A DNA stretch of 64,000 bases from positions 32,001-96,000 of IMG/VR virus record IMGVR_UViG_3300021255_004000. One strand, 5' to 3'. The notes beneath the pieces are model-generated. The model was given only the letters and a program-made list of their open reading frames with translations. It searched no databases and was not told the DNA's origin. This document shows, piece after piece, positions 20,609-30,885 of the stretch. The position numbers and the translations under genes are program-made. Source of the DNA: a virus. Lineage: Duplodnaviria > Caudoviricetes. Positions within the stretch are counted from its first letter, which is position 1; each line of letters starts with the position of its first letter.

Positions 20609-22684
20609 TTATCTTACATTGATTACTTTCATCTTCTGTGCAGCGATTTCTTCGCGTTTGTTTGAAGCAGAGCTTATCAAAGCCTGTCCGCCATCAAAAC
20701 CGCCCCAGCAAACAGCGAATGTATCACCCTTAATTCCTGCGAGTTCTTCAGCCCAGTCTCCCAAGCAGTCCTCGAAGTCGGAGATTACGCAAAGTTTGTC
20801 CTGTTCAGATTTCAAGTACTTTTCCTTTGCATAACGGATTCCACGAGCGATTGATGTACCGCCACCACAGCAGATTGCTTCAAGGTTTGATCTTTTCAAA
20901 GGAAGGTCATCAACAAGGCGAGTGTCCCACAAGATGATTCTTGACTTTGTACCAAACTTTGATTTGTATTTAAGTACTTCAGAAAGAAGTGCCTTAACCA
21001 ATTCAATGTTAACCGAACCTGAAACATCGATTAAAGCAACCAAGTTTCCAGGGCGGTATTCCTCAACAGTTGTAATGCGTGTTCTCATTACACCGCCTGA
21101 AGTTTTACCGCGGTTGTAGTTGTACAGCGGATCCTGACGATCTCTCTGAACAGTTTTGCCGATACAGTTTCTCTCAATGAACTTGAGAACAGATTTGTCA
21201 AGGCGCATTGTAGGAGTTGCATCAACCAAGTTTGTTGACTCTCCATCACCAGGAGCGCTCCAGTCATCTGCATCATCTCCGCCTGAACCTGAAGCAGCAA
21301 CCGCTGCCTGACCCTGCTGACCATTTTCTGCATTTCTGCGGTCCTCAGCAGCCTGAGCCATTGCCTGTGCAAGTTGATTGCCTTTGTCACCGTTCTGAGC
21401 ATTTGCTTTGACAACTGAAGCCTTCATCTTGTTTCCGTTTCCGTTGTTTCCGTTTCCCTGCTCAGGCTTTCCTTTGCCGTCGCCTTTTACTTTTGACTTT
21501 CCGCCTTTACCAGCTTCGTCCTGTCCTTTATCGCCGTTCTTGCCGTTGCCATTCTGATCTTTACCGTTTCCGTTCTGACCATCCTGACCCTGCTGATTTC
21601 CGTTGTTTCCTGACTGGCCCTGCTGATTGCCGTTCTGTCCGTTTTGGCCGTCCTGACTGTTGTTTCCGCCTTCGCCATCTTTTGATTTGTGGTTGAAGAT
21701 TGAAGTTGGGTCATCTTTCAAGCCGTTGTTATTATTCTGCTGCTGAGAATTGTTTCCCTGCTGCTGTTGATTTCCACCCTGAGAGTTTCCTCCCTGCTGA
21801 CCGCCACCTGACTGCTGTCCGCCAGCCTGCGAACCACCCTGAGATGAACCCTGGCCTTGTCCCTGGCCCTGACCTGACTGACCCTGCTGTCCAGACTGAC
21901 CTGACTGTCCGCCCTGCTGCTGACCATTCTGTCCCTGCTGTTGCTGAGCCTGCTGTCTCTGCATCTCATCAACCTGTTCATTGAGTTTGTCCATAAACTC
22001 ATTAGGCTGAGTAAGAATCAAGTGGAGATATCCCATCCAAGTCAAACCGTTAGGGAAGCCGAAGTCTGAAGGATGAACTCCGCGAGAGAACTTGTGGATT
22101 TCATCAGGCTTTTCTTCCATCCATTTTTCGATTGACTGAAGTTGTTCTTCGTTTGCGTAAGAAATAAAGCGGGCAAGCGCAGCATCAGAAATTCTTTCGC
22201 GAACTTCCTCAAAGTCCTTTGCTTCAGGCCAGTACTTACCGTTGATTTCAAGGTCCTGGGTAATGTTGCGGATCATATGAATGAAGCTTTCAGAAACATC
22301 GTCCTCTTCATTTCCTTCCATTTCAATATGTTCGCGGAACTTAGGCCATTTTGACTTGATCTGTCGTGAGGCCTGCATATCTTTGTACCAGTTGTCTTTG
22401 AAGTGCTGCAGTACACAATGTCCTGCCTCGTGCATCATCAACTGTTCTTTTGCAAGGCCGTTTGCTGCATCTGTTGCAAAAATATTGTAAACTCCAGAAG
22501 CTGTCTTACAAGAGCAGCCAGGAGCCATTGTCATAGGATCTTCCATTTCTTCCCAAACCAAGGTATTCATCTGATCCATAACTTCTTCGTAGTTTGGGCT
22601 GTGAATTGGGTCGAGGTGAGGAATGCGAGCAAGGAGTTCTGCTTTCTTTTGCTGCATTTCAAGTTCTTCCATAATTTCCTCCAT
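20609..22684 (-). CDS. Metallopeptidase-like (HExxH) plus vWA protein with Q/G/N-rich linker
   Basis: HEAGH; MIDAS DVSGS, GGGT, SD; ~200-aa low-complexity linker. Confidence 0.8.
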   Translation of the reverse strand: MEEIMEELEMQQKKAELLARIPHLDPIHSPNYEEVMDQMNTLVWEEMEDPMTMAPGCSCKTASGVYNIFATDAANGLAKEQLMMHEAGHCVLQHFKDNWYKDMQASRQIKSKWPKFREHIEMEGNEEDDVSESFIHMIRNITQDLEINGKYWPEAKDFEEVRERISDAALARFISYANEEQLQSIEKWMEEKPDEIHKFSRGVHPSDFGFPNGLTWMGYLHLILTQPNEFMDKLNEQVDEMQRQQAQQQQGQNGQQQGGQSGQSGQQGQSGQGQGQGQGSSQGGSQAGGQQSGGGQQGGNSQGGNQQQQGNNSQQQNNNNGLKDDPTSIFNHKSKDGEGGNNSQDGQNGQNGNQQGQSGNNGNQQGQDGQNGNGKDQNGNGKNGDKGQDEAGKGGKSKVKGDGKGKPEQGNGNNGNGNKMKASVVKANAQNGDKGNQLAQAMAQAAEDRRNAENGQQGQAAVAASGSGGDDADDWSAPGDGESTNLVDATPTMRLDKSVLKFIERNCIGKTVQRDRQDPLYNYNRGKTSGGVMRTRITTVEEYRPGNLVALIDVSGSVNIELVKALLSEVLKYKSKFGTKSRIILWDTRLVDDLPLKRSNLEAICCGGGTSIARGIRYAKEKYLKSEQDKLCVISDFEDCLGDWAEELAGIKGDTFAVCWGGFDGGQALISSASNKREEIAAQKMKVINVR

Positions 22685-22694
22685 TTACAGTAAT

Positions 22695-22723
22695 AATATA
22701 AAAGACTTCTGTCAAAAGTTCAA
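22695..22723 (-). promoter_or_regulatory. Early-type promoter TTGAAC-N17-TATATT
   Basis: Conserved repeat; ATG lies 10 nt downstream (probably leaderless). Confidence 0.75.
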
Positions 22724-22794
22724 AAATTCTTAAATTATTTTGAAATAAAAAACGGGAAACAATTCTCAGTTTCCCGTTCTTTTATCTGCTTTAT

Positions 22795-23034
22795 TTAGGC
22801 GCGGCGACCGCGTGTAATCTGCAGGAATGTGTCGATTGTAACAGGCTGGTATGTCTGATCTTTGATAACATAAACCCGTTCAATTTCTGACTGTGAAAGA
22901 ACTTTGGAAATATCTCCTTCCACATAGAATGTTCCTTTGCGGAAACCTGCGGAAACAACTTCGTTTCCTCTTGCATATTTTGAACCTGTTCTCGGCTTAA
23001 CGTTGATGTAGTAATCCATCTTTAATCTTCCCAT
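22795..23034 (-). CDS. Hypothetical protein
   Basis: 79-aa ORF with AAGGAG RBS. Confidence 0.6.
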   Translation of the reverse strand: MGRLKMDYYINVKPRTGSKYARGNEVVSAGFRKGTFYVEGDISKVLSQSEIERVYVIKDQTYQPVTIDTFLQITRGRRA

Positions 23035-23096
23035 AATTATCTCCTTAAAAATTGGTTTTCAAATTATTCCCAGGGACAAGCCCTGGGATTTTTCGA

Positions 23097-24470
23097 TTAG
23101 GCAGAGAACTCTGCGTAGAACTTGTAGTTCTCGAGAACTTTTTCCATTCCCTGCTGAGCGATTTCAACTTCAGGATTCTGTGGAAGAGCCTGAGTGATAC
23201 GGATCAACTGTTCAACGGCAGTTATATCAGCAGTAAGTTTTGCAAAGTTTACAGCGCGTGTTTTTTCATCAACTCCCTGGCCGACCAGAGCAGTCAAAGT
23301 TTCGTGCGGATTTTTGTCAGCGTAGGTCTGCATAATCTGTGTGTAGATTTCTCCCAAACCTTTGCGTGTATCAACCGCATTTGCGTGAGTTCCGTCAAGG
23401 AACAGGCTGAGTTTTGCAACCTTATCTGCGATAGAAGTTACACCCTGGAAAATGTCCTGACCGCCAATTACAGGAGCCTCACCAGACTTAAGTCTCTTAA
23501 GAACCTGACGAGTTCTTTCCTGAACTGCTTTGAGGTAGCTCCGTGTTTGATTAACATCCTCGAAGGAACCTGTACCTGCACCAATCAAACCCTGCACCAT
23601 CTTGTCGATGAACTGATTGCGTTTAGGATTGAGCGGTACATCGAGCGCAGCACAAGCCCACATTGCTCGCTGCATATATTCGTAAGTACGGCCAGAAATG
23701 AAGTTGTAAACTTCTCCAGTTTCGCTGAAGTTTCCTTCAAACATTTCAGCAAAGTTTTTGTTTTTGATGTCAAGCATTCCCTTGCCAGAGTCTCTTTCGT
23801 TTGCATAGCATTCGAAGATTTCCATCATCATATTTTTGACTTCGGCACGAGCATTCTTTTTGAAAGCTTCAGTCATTATCGGGAAAGGATCCTTGAACTC
23901 AGGCCAGTCCGCAATGCGTTCATTTTCATCCTGAGAGAACTCATCAAGGAAGTCCATATAGTTGTCAGGACAAAGGTTGATAACGCAGAAGCGGTTGAGT
24001 GAAGGCGAAGTAATATCGCAGTAAGAAGGCAGGTTGTCTTTGAAGTTACCTGCGGAAATAATTACGCAGTCATCAGGAAGAGTGTTTCCGTTTCCGATTG
24101 TGCGTTCGAAGATCAAGCGGTACAAAGCACCCTGCACCAAAGAAGGACAAACAGAAAGTTCGTCGATAAACAAGATACAAGGAATACCTTCCTTCTGCTT
24201 TTCAAGAATTGTCTGATACCAAGTAGGGTTCTTAGTTGTCAAACATTCCTTTCCAGGCTCGTTAACCTGAAAACCAAGGATTTCGTTATTTTCAAATCCT
24301 GAACCGATGAGTGAAACGACGTGATATCCATAGTGCTCGCCGATCTCATTTACAATCGAGGTTTTTGCCAAACCTGGGTTAGAAAGCAAGAGCATCGGTA
24401 CCTTGTTTTCTGTCGCACGAGTTACCTCAAAAGCTGTAATGATGGTATCTCTGATCTTATTTGTTCCCAT
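23097..24470 (-). CDS. MoxR-like AAA+ ATPase
   Basis: SNPGLAKT Walker A, LFIDE Walker B, SAGN sensor, LNRF; next to the vWA gene. Confidence 0.85.
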   Translation of the reverse strand: MGTNKIRDTIITAFEVTRATENKVPMLLLSNPGLAKTSIVNEIGEHYGYHVVSLIGSGFENNEILGFQVNEPGKECLTTKNPTWYQTILEKQKEGIPCILFIDELSVCPSLVQGALYRLIFERTIGNGNTLPDDCVIISAGNFKDNLPSYCDITSPSLNRFCVINLCPDNYMDFLDEFSQDENERIADWPEFKDPFPIMTEAFKKNARAEVKNMMMEIFECYANERDSGKGMLDIKNKNFAEMFEGNFSETGEVYNFISGRTYEYMQRAMWACAALDVPLNPKRNQFIDKMVQGLIGAGTGSFEDVNQTRSYLKAVQERTRQVLKRLKSGEAPVIGGQDIFQGVTSIADKVAKLSLFLDGTHANAVDTRKGLGEIYTQIMQTYADKNPHETLTALVGQGVDEKTRAVNFAKLTADITAVEQLIRITQALPQNPEVEIAQQGMEKVLENYKFYAEFSA

Positions 24471-24516
24471 ACTATCCTCCGTGGGTTACTTTGTTTTGTT
24501 TTATTGTTACAGTAAT

Positions 24517-24545
24517 AATATAAAAGTAACTTGCGGAAAGTTCAA
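24517..24545 (-). promoter_or_regulatory. Early-type promoter TTGAAC-N17-TATATT
   Basis: Conserved repeat. Confidence 0.8.
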
Positions 24546-24597
24546 AAAATTTTTGAAAATTCCGCATTTTTTTTAATTATTCTGCCATACTCGCTGA

Positions 24598-25200
24598 TTA
24601 AGCTTTAGGGACAATTTCGTTTATCAACATTGAGTTGTTTTCATTGAAGAAAACATCACCAGCTTCCTGCAAAGTTGCAAACTCGCCGCTGCGGTATTTC
24701 TTCAAGAAAATAACCAAGTTTTTATTGTACTTGAAACGGAACTGAGAAGTCGGAACTGTTTCGTCCTTGTTCATAGGTACCCGTTCCATTATAACAATGT
24801 TCTTCCAAAGAATAACTTTGTCAATTCTCCAAAGCTTCTGAGACTTAATTCGTCTTTCATACTTTGGAAGTTCTTTTATCGACTTTCCGCTTTCAACCAT
24901 TGTTGCAAGTTCCTGAGGAGTCAACTGATGTTCCTCATACTCAGTCTCAATTAAAAGTGGATAATGTCGAGGCTTGATGTACTCCTTGATGTCGTGAATA
25001 AACACCTGTGGGTCCTTTGTAAAGTCCCACGGAAAGAAGTACTCGTTTCCAGTGTTCTTATGAATAATAAAAACGCCATCTTGTCCGTTTTGTGATGCAG
25101 TTCTTGTTGCAAGTACACACGGACATTTTTCACAGAAGCTAATCAACTTCTTCATAGTTGTTTGCTTCCATTTATCTCCGTTGAAGTTTTCAGCTATCAT
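24598..25200 (-). CDS. Hypothetical protein
   Basis: 200-aa ORF. Confidence 0.65.
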   Translation of the reverse strand: MIAENFNGDKWKQTTMKKLISFCEKCPCVLATRTASQNGQDGVFIIHKNTGNEYFFPWDFTKDPQVFIHDIKEYIKPRHYPLLIETEYEEHQLTPQELATMVESGKSIKELPKYERRIKSQKLWRIDKVILWKNIVIMERVPMNKDETVPTSQFRFKYNKNLVIFLKKYRSGEFATLQEAGDVFFNENNSMLINEIVPKA

Positions 25201-25494
25201 TTAGGCCTCGCTTGAGTTTTCAGCTGCAACTCCGCCATCAATAAGTACACACAAAGTGAAGAAGTCTTCTGATGCAGCAGCAGGATCGTCCTGTTCCCGT
25301 ACTTCCTTCCAGTACTTGTATGCCTTTGCAATGTCTTTCTTATTTGCTTCGTGGCCCTGAGCGAAACCTTTCTGTCTTTCAGCAATATCAGCCTTAATCA
25401 TCTTAATCTGAGACTGAAGTGCGTCAGCTTTTTCTTCAAGAGCCATCTCTGCTTCAAACTCGCCAACCAATTCATTGTAAGATACATTTGTCAT
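25201..25494 (-). CDS. Small coiled-coil protein (possibly DsbA/GapR-like DNA-binding)
   Basis: 97-aa helical ORF; weak resemblance only. Confidence 0.45.
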   Translation of the reverse strand: MTNVSYNELVGEFEAEMALEEKADALQSQIKMIKADIAERQKGFAQGHEANKKDIAKAYKYWKEVREQDDPAAASEDFFTLCVLIDGGVAAENSSEA

Positions 25495-25507
25495 TTCAAT
25501 TCACCTC

Positions 25508-25927
25508 TTAATTTGATTTCTTTTCTTTTGCTTCCTGATCTCTTACTGCTCTTTTTGCTGAGCTGTAAATGTTGAAAGCAACTTTTTCCCAAGCCTTCAA
25601 AGCTGAAAGCGGGTCAAGGAATAAGCCGATAGAAATATCGTTTACTCTCCAAGCGATTTCTTCTGTCTCTTTGCCATCTTCACCACGATGAACTTTCTTT
25701 GCAAGTTCGTAAGTGCCATCTTCGTTTTCAAGAACAACTTCTGCGTACTTTGCCCATACACCTTTGCTGTTCCCTGGCTGCTTTACATATTCGTCAAAGA
25801 CAAACTTTTCGATAGAAGTTCTGCCACAACCATTGTCATATACAGCAGAATAAAGAACATCGCCTTTTTTAAGGTCTTTCATAATGTCTCTGTCAATTCC
25901 ACTTTTTATGCCTGTGTTTGTTCGCAT
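25508..25927 (-). CDS. Hypothetical protein
   Basis: 139-aa ORF. Confidence 0.6.
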   Translation of the reverse strand: MRTNTGIKSGIDRDIMKDLKKGDVLYSAVYDNGCGRTSIEKFVFDEYVKQPGNSKGVWAKYAEVVLENEDGTYELAKKVHRGEDGKETEEIAWRVNDISIGLFLDPLSALKAWEKVAFNIYSSAKRAVRDQEAKEKKSN

Positions 25928-27033
25928 CTTTTCTTCTCCTCTTGTAGCAACGCTACAGTATCATTTATCAATTTTTCATTGACAAGAATATCTTTTGAAT
26001 TATCAAGCCAATGAGCTTTTCTACATTGTTCAACTGTTCGTCCTGTTTTTACAGGAATGTCACCAACATCCTTTACACCTTGGTCGTGAAACGGCGGTAC
26101 AACAAACTTCCAATCTCTTTTGATAGGAGCTTCTTTTAATGATTCCATCAACCGTCTTAATGAAAGCCAACCTGCCAAATCATTGTCGATTATGTATGTA
26201 AAGTCAAACTGTTTTAAGAAGTATCTTTGTCTTTCAGAGATTGACGCTCCGAAAACTGCAGTTGAGTTCTTTGTGTTAAAGAAACTGTCAGTGCGAAGCA
26301 CAGCAAGATCCATAATGCCTTCAACAAAGTAAAGTCTTCTTGAACTGTCGAGTTTATCAATATCGTAAAGAGTTGATGTTGAAGCGCCTCTTGGATATAT
26401 ACATTTCTTGTATTCGTGTTCGTCAGGATTCAGTCCTTTGCGGCGCAACATATTGTAGTAATATTCTTTACCATAAATGTCACGGCCTTCACAAGAAAGT
26501 AACTTACCTCTTTCATAAATTGGAATTACAAGACGCTTTGTGAAATAAACCATCTGATCTTTATTGTTTGGCTCAAATGTATCAAAAGAGCGTGCCATTG
26601 TTGCAAAAGACATACGCATTGACTTTGCAACAGAGACAGGAATGCATCTTTGCATTAAGTACTTGCAAACATCAGGATCTTTATCAACTGGGATAAAAGC
26701 TCCATCAAGTGCGATATGAACATCAGGTGTTGCTGATAAATCTTCTTTGACTGTTTCTTTGAAAGGATTTACAAAAGTCGCTTCATCTTGAGCTTCCCAT
26801 TTTATACCAAGCTCTTTATTGATTGAATGTCCTGTTATCTCACGAAAGAGACCTCTCAACTTTCCGTTATAACCGCAACTGAAGCAGTGGCAAAGACCTC
26901 TATCTAAGTCAACAGAGAATGAAGGATGTTTATCTGTATGAAAGGGACAATGTCCCATAGTTGAATTGTGCTTGACATTTTTAGATATGTCAAGCCTTAA
27001 AACGATTTGTTCGTTAATCTCTCTTTCAGTCAT
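25906..27033 (-). CDS. DnaG-type DNA primase
   Basis: CPFHTDKHPSF...CFSCG CHC2 zinc finger; TOPRIM VEGIMD and IDNDLAG. Confidence 0.9.
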   Translation of the reverse strand: MTEREINEQIVLRLDISKNVKHNSTMGHCPFHTDKHPSFSVDLDRGLCHCFSCGYNGKLRGLFREITGHSINKELGIKWEAQDEATFVNPFKETVKEDLSATPDVHIALDGAFIPVDKDPDVCKYLMQRCIPVSVAKSMRMSFATMARSFDTFEPNNKDQMVYFTKRLVIPIYERGKLLSCEGRDIYGKEYYYNMLRRKGLNPDEHEYKKCIYPRGASTSTLYDIDKLDSSRRLYFVEGIMDLAVLRTDSFFNTKNSTAVFGASISERQRYFLKQFDFTYIIDNDLAGWLSLRRLMESLKEAPIKRDWKFVVPPFHDQGVKDVGDIPVKTGRTVEQCRKAHWLDNSKDILVNEKLINDTVALLQEEKKRCEQTQA

Positions 27034-27065
27034 TTAGCATTTATACCTGAAATTATATTAACAGC

Positions 27066-27575
27066 TTAGTATGGTCTGTAACCTCTTTGTATTCTTTGTC
27101 CGTAAACAACTGTTGCTGCATATTTGTTTCCAGCGACGATGTTGTTATCAGAACCTCTTCGAAGTTCAGGCTTTACAAAACTGTTTAGCGTGTCGAAGTA
27201 TTTTTCTCGAAGAGCATCATCAGTCTCTCCATTTTCTTTTGCTTTTTGAATGTCATTGTGAAGCTGCTTCAAATTGAGAACACCTTCTTCAGAATTGATG
27301 TTCAATTTTCTTACAGAGTTTTCACAACGGTCAATAACATAATAACATCCGTATGTTTCACAACAGTTCTTTACAATCGTTCCTGCTTTCTCATCCATTG
27401 TTCCTTCAATGATTTTGATAAACTTTGGAATGTTTGTGTACAGTTTTATTGTACCATCATCAATGATAACACGAACATTATTCTTGTTTGGATTTGGACA
27501 AAAAATAAGAAAGAAGAAATCGCTCAGAAGTTCTTCTGTTGTCAACATCTTTTTTGGTTGAATTTCATCACTCAT
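27066..27575 (-). CDS. Hypothetical protein
   Basis: ORF, start MSDEIQ after AGGA. Confidence 0.6.
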   Translation of the reverse strand: MSDEIQPKKMLTTEELLSDFFFLIFCPNPNKNNVRVIIDDGTIKLYTNIPKFIKIIEGTMDEKAGTIVKNCCETYGCYYVIDRCENSVRKLNINSEEGVLNLKQLHNDIQKAKENGETDDALREKYFDTLNSFVKPELRRGSDNNIVAGNKYAATVVYGQRIQRGYRPY

Positions 27576-27692
27576 TTTATAAGTCCTAATTCTTTTGCTG
27601 GGCAATCCTTGTCACAGTCCTCACAAAAACAGTCTGGACAACCTTCATCATTTTGTTTCTTCTCTTTTTCTTCAGTGGTCTTTTCCGCTTTA

Positions 27693-29057
27693 TCAAGCAT
27701 TGCTTGAAACATTTCCTTTTCTGAAACTTCCATAATATGTACCTACCTTATCGTACATATAATTAGCGGCTTCAGCAATAATCGAAGCAATGTCACATTC
27801 TTTATCATAATAGAATTCATCATAAATGTTGTAAGCAGTTATGCCCATCTGTTTCAACTTCCAAACAACATAAAGTTCCAAATAACTTTCAAAATAAAAC
27901 ACTGATGAGGAATGATCTTTTCCCTCAAGGTCCTCACAAATGTTGTAAAGCTTTTTCCAATCTTCAAACATTGCAGGCTTTACAACAGTCAGCCATCTTT
28001 CATAAGCTTCACCACTTGGGTACTTTGCTTTAATCAAATCAGAATTAGAGAAACAAAACTCTGAAAATGATTTGTCAGCGGACTTACCAAAACGCAACCG
28101 CATATGAACAGACTTCATATATTCACGAGGAAGATTAAGACCTGAACGATCTGCCATTTCCTGATAAAAGTCAAAGTCACGGTCCATCCACTCGCCTGTT
28201 GACATTAAATGACTTATACGAGGAACAGCAGACTTAATATCATAACGATACTTCAACCCATTTTGCTGACACCAGACAGTACGATCTGTTTCTCTTGCTT
28301 CATCATTTTCTGTTGCAATATATTTTGAATAGGCGCGGCCTGTAATTTTATTTCCTTCACACTTAAAACGAAGACGCTTTTTGTTATACTCGGACTTGTC
28401 TTCATTATATTCATCAAGCATTCTTTTGAAATCAGAAATTGTTCCTTTTGTGAAGTCAACAACTGCTTGCTTATCAAAATTATCCACAAGCTTATTATTG
28501 AACTGTGTAAGGCCACTTCTTATTGTTTGTTTTTGTTTCTTATTGAACACTTCAACTGTAATGTTGTCGGCAATATCAACAACGGTGTTTGCTGTGGGCT
28601 TGTCTTCGTGTTCTTCAAGATATTTTTGATATTCGTGCGGAAATGATTTTATAATTCCGAGTTGATTAAGACCATAAAGTTTACAAAAGTTTTCATCACC
28701 GTGGCCGAACTGATAGTGTTTATTGATAACATAAATGATTCCACAGTTCTTCATTCCTTTTATCCAATTTGACTGTTGCATACCTGAAATATCAAGGCCT
28801 GCTTTAAGGAATGTATCTTTTGTGAAGTAGATTCCGTGGTTCTGTTTTACATCTCCAATGTTGTAAGAAGATGCAAGAAAGAACATAAGCTCCTTCAATT
28901 TTTTCAATCGCTCTTCAACCTTCAGCTTCAAAGGAAAGTGTTCGATTAAATAATCATCAGTATAAATCTGACCTGAGTATGTCATTATCTCAAGACGCTG
29001 TTTATTTCTTTCAACATCTTTGTCATACTCATTCTTGATAAGAGCATTTAAGTCCAC
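27693..29057 (-). CDS. Putative minimal family-A polymerase-palm protein
   Basis: Motif A-like YDIKSAVPRI, B-like REYMKSVHMRLRFG, C-like NIYDEFY. Confidence 0.45.
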   Translation of the reverse strand: MDLNALIKNEYDKDVERNKQRLEIMTYSGQIYTDDYLIEHFPLKLKVEERLKKLKELMFFLASSYNIGDVKQNHGIYFTKDTFLKAGLDISGMQQSNWIKGMKNCGIIYVINKHYQFGHGDENFCKLYGLNQLGIIKSFPHEYQKYLEEHEDKPTANTVVDIADNITVEVFNKKQKQTIRSGLTQFNNKLVDNFDKQAVVDFTKGTISDFKRMLDEYNEDKSEYNKKRLRFKCEGNKITGRAYSKYIATENDEARETDRTVWCQQNGLKYRYDIKSAVPRISHLMSTGEWMDRDFDFYQEMADRSGLNLPREYMKSVHMRLRFGKSADKSFSEFCFSNSDLIKAKYPSGEAYERWLTVVKPAMFEDWKKLYNICEDLEGKDHSSSVFYFESYLELYVVWKLKQMGITAYNIYDEFYYDKECDIASIIAEAANYMYDKVGTYYGSFRKGNVSSNA

Positions 29058-29081
29058 AATTATAACCTCTATGGAATTATA

Positions 29082-29492
29082 TTAACCTTTTACAAAAAAA
29101 GAAGCCAACATATTTTCTGTTCGACTTTGATGATTTGGTGTACCGTAGTCAGGCTTTTCAAATAATTCATAAACGCCTAATACGATGCGGTTTGGATCTC
29201 CGCCTCTGTCATAAATGTTATCCCTTATTTTGATAAGTTCTTCATCATTTACAGGAATCTCAATTGGGTCAAACTTAAAGCAAGATGTATGTCCATTGCT
29301 TCTTGTATAAGTAATCTCTTCATCTTTTTCTTCAAGAAAATAAACTTCTGAGAAGAAGTCTCTCAAGTGAGCAACTCTATCATTTGCAGCTTGAAAGAAT
29401 GCTTCTTCATCAGCGAAACCCATATCTTCCATTATGTATCGGGGAGTTTTTGACACCAAACTTTTCAATTCATTAAAAGTGATGTCTTTCAT
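29082..29492 (-). CDS. Hypothetical protein
   Basis: 136-aa ORF. Confidence 0.6.
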   Translation of the reverse strand: MKDITFNELKSLVSKTPRYIMEDMGFADEEAFFQAANDRVAHLRDFFSEVYFLEEKDEEITYTRSNGHTSCFKFDPIEIPVNDEELIKIRDNIYDRGGDPNRIVLGVYELFEKPDYGTPNHQSRTENMLASFFVKG

Positions 29493-29502
29493 TTACACCG
29501 CC

Positions 29503-29943
29503 TTATGTTCTGTCAACCATACGACCAAGCGGGTCAGTAGTAAACTCTGTGTTTGCGATTGCTGCCATATCAACATCAACACCGCCAAACTTAGTTTTGT
29601 TTCCTTCTTTGAAAGTAGACTTCCAGTCAAAGGAGTCAGGATTGTTTTCTGGTGTAAGAAGATCAGTAAAACCACCAAGGTCAACACCATAATCTTCCTG
29701 TTCCTGAACGCGCTGCTGTCTCTGTGCAGGGCGTGGGGCCGGAGCTGATTCTTCGATTGAGTCAAAAGAGAACTCAACATCATCATCGCCGTTTATTATT
29801 GATGTAAGTGCTGTATTTACTTTTTTAAGCTGTTTCAAAATTGGCATAACCTGCAACTGGGCAGCTTCACCAGTTTTGATTGCTTTCATCAAGGCAGCTC
29901 CAACTTTTGTAAGTTCCTGCTGCGCTAATTCCAACTGTGCCAT
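29503..29943 (-). CDS. Hypothetical protein
   Basis: 146-aa ORF, GAGG RBS. Confidence 0.65.
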   Translation of the reverse strand: MAQLELAQQELTKVGAALMKAIKTGEAAQLQVMPILKQLKKVNTALTSIINGDDDVEFSFDSIEESAPAPRPAQRQQRVQEQEDYGVDLGGFTDLLTPENNPDSFDWKSTFKEGNKTKFGGVDVDMAAIANTEFTTDPLGRMVDRT

Positions 29944-30033
29944 AAGTCACCTCTATATGTATATTAACAATTTAGTCAGAAATCACAAAAGGTACCCAGA
30001 CGGGTACCTTCAACTTATTCACATGATTTTTGA

Positions 30034-30582
30034 TTAAAATGTTGCGATGATTTTTTCAAGGCGAGCAACGCAAGCAGGATTTACACCGTTGAAAGTTGCT
30101 TTCCAATTTGTTTTCTTTACCTTCTGGAAGCGAGCCTTCATCCAAGCATAGCGTGTAGGATTCCAAATTGAAAGGAGGTGTGGGTTTGAAAGGTAAAGGC
30201 GGAATGTTTCTGCGAAAACTTCGCGGTTATTAGGCTCGTAGTTGCTAACGCTTCTTTCGCCCATTGGGATTGTTTCCCAGTTGAAATAATGTTCGTGAAT
30301 GTAGTGACCAACCTCGTGAAGGATTGCCCCGTAAATTGTATCATCAATTACATTGTAGCGAGCAGATTTTTCATTGTCGAAAATTGTGTTTCCAGGGACA
30401 ACTGCAACCACATCTGTTCCGTGAGTGTAGTAGCCTTCTCTTTTGTAGTTGCAAGCTCTTTTCTCAATCGAAAGTTTTGGAACAGCGTAACCGTTCAACT
30501 GGCAGAAACGAACAACAAGGGCCTTTGCTTCGTCCTTCATAATTTCCTTCATCTGTGCCTTGTTCGTGATTACAACTGCCAT
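30034..30582 (-). CDS. Zincin-like (HExxH) protein
   Basis: LHEVGH...EVFAETF; early promoter upstream. Confidence 0.65.
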   Translation of the reverse strand: MAVVITNKAQMKEIMKDEAKALVVRFCQLNGYAVPKLSIEKRACNYKREGYYTHGTDVVAVVPGNTIFDNEKSARYNVIDDTIYGAILHEVGHYIHEHYFNWETIPMGERSVSNYEPNNREVFAETFRLYLSNPHLLSIWNPTRYAWMKARFQKVKKTNWKATFNGVNPACVARLEKIIATF

Positions 30583-30615
30583 ATTTGTTCCTCCTTGTCG
30601 GTTGTTTACAATAAT

Positions 30616-30644
30616 AATATAAAAGACTCGTGCACGAAGTTCAA
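30616..30644 (-). promoter_or_regulatory. Early-type promoter TTGAAC-N17-TATATT
   Basis: Conserved repeat. Confidence 0.8.
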
Positions 30645-30675
30645 AAATCTAATGATAATTTTTCAAACTTTTGAG

Positions 30676-30703
30676 ACTTTTTTAGCTATATGGGACAATA
30701 TAA
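30676..30703 (+). repeat. 28-bp perfect repeat, copy 2
   Basis: Identical to 9215-9242. Confidence 0.9.
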
Positions 30704-30885
30704 TAATAGGAAATTGAAGGATTTATTTATATTTGGAAGTGTTTCTTTTTGAAAAGTTCATACTAAATAAATATATGGAAAGACCGCTAACCGTGGAAAG
30801 CGGACACCATTATAATTCATTATAATGTGTAAGTTTGACATAAATGCTAATTGAAAAGTCGAACAACACGAGGAGATTAAACATA

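Noticed and set aside
21480-21960. Repetitive CAG/GGN/AAC-rich DNA as a repeat element
   Set aside because: Explained by the Q/G/N linker of the vWA protein.
23052-24002. 316-aa plus-strand ORF
   Set aside because: Antisense shadow of the MoxR ATPase gene; no RBS or motifs.
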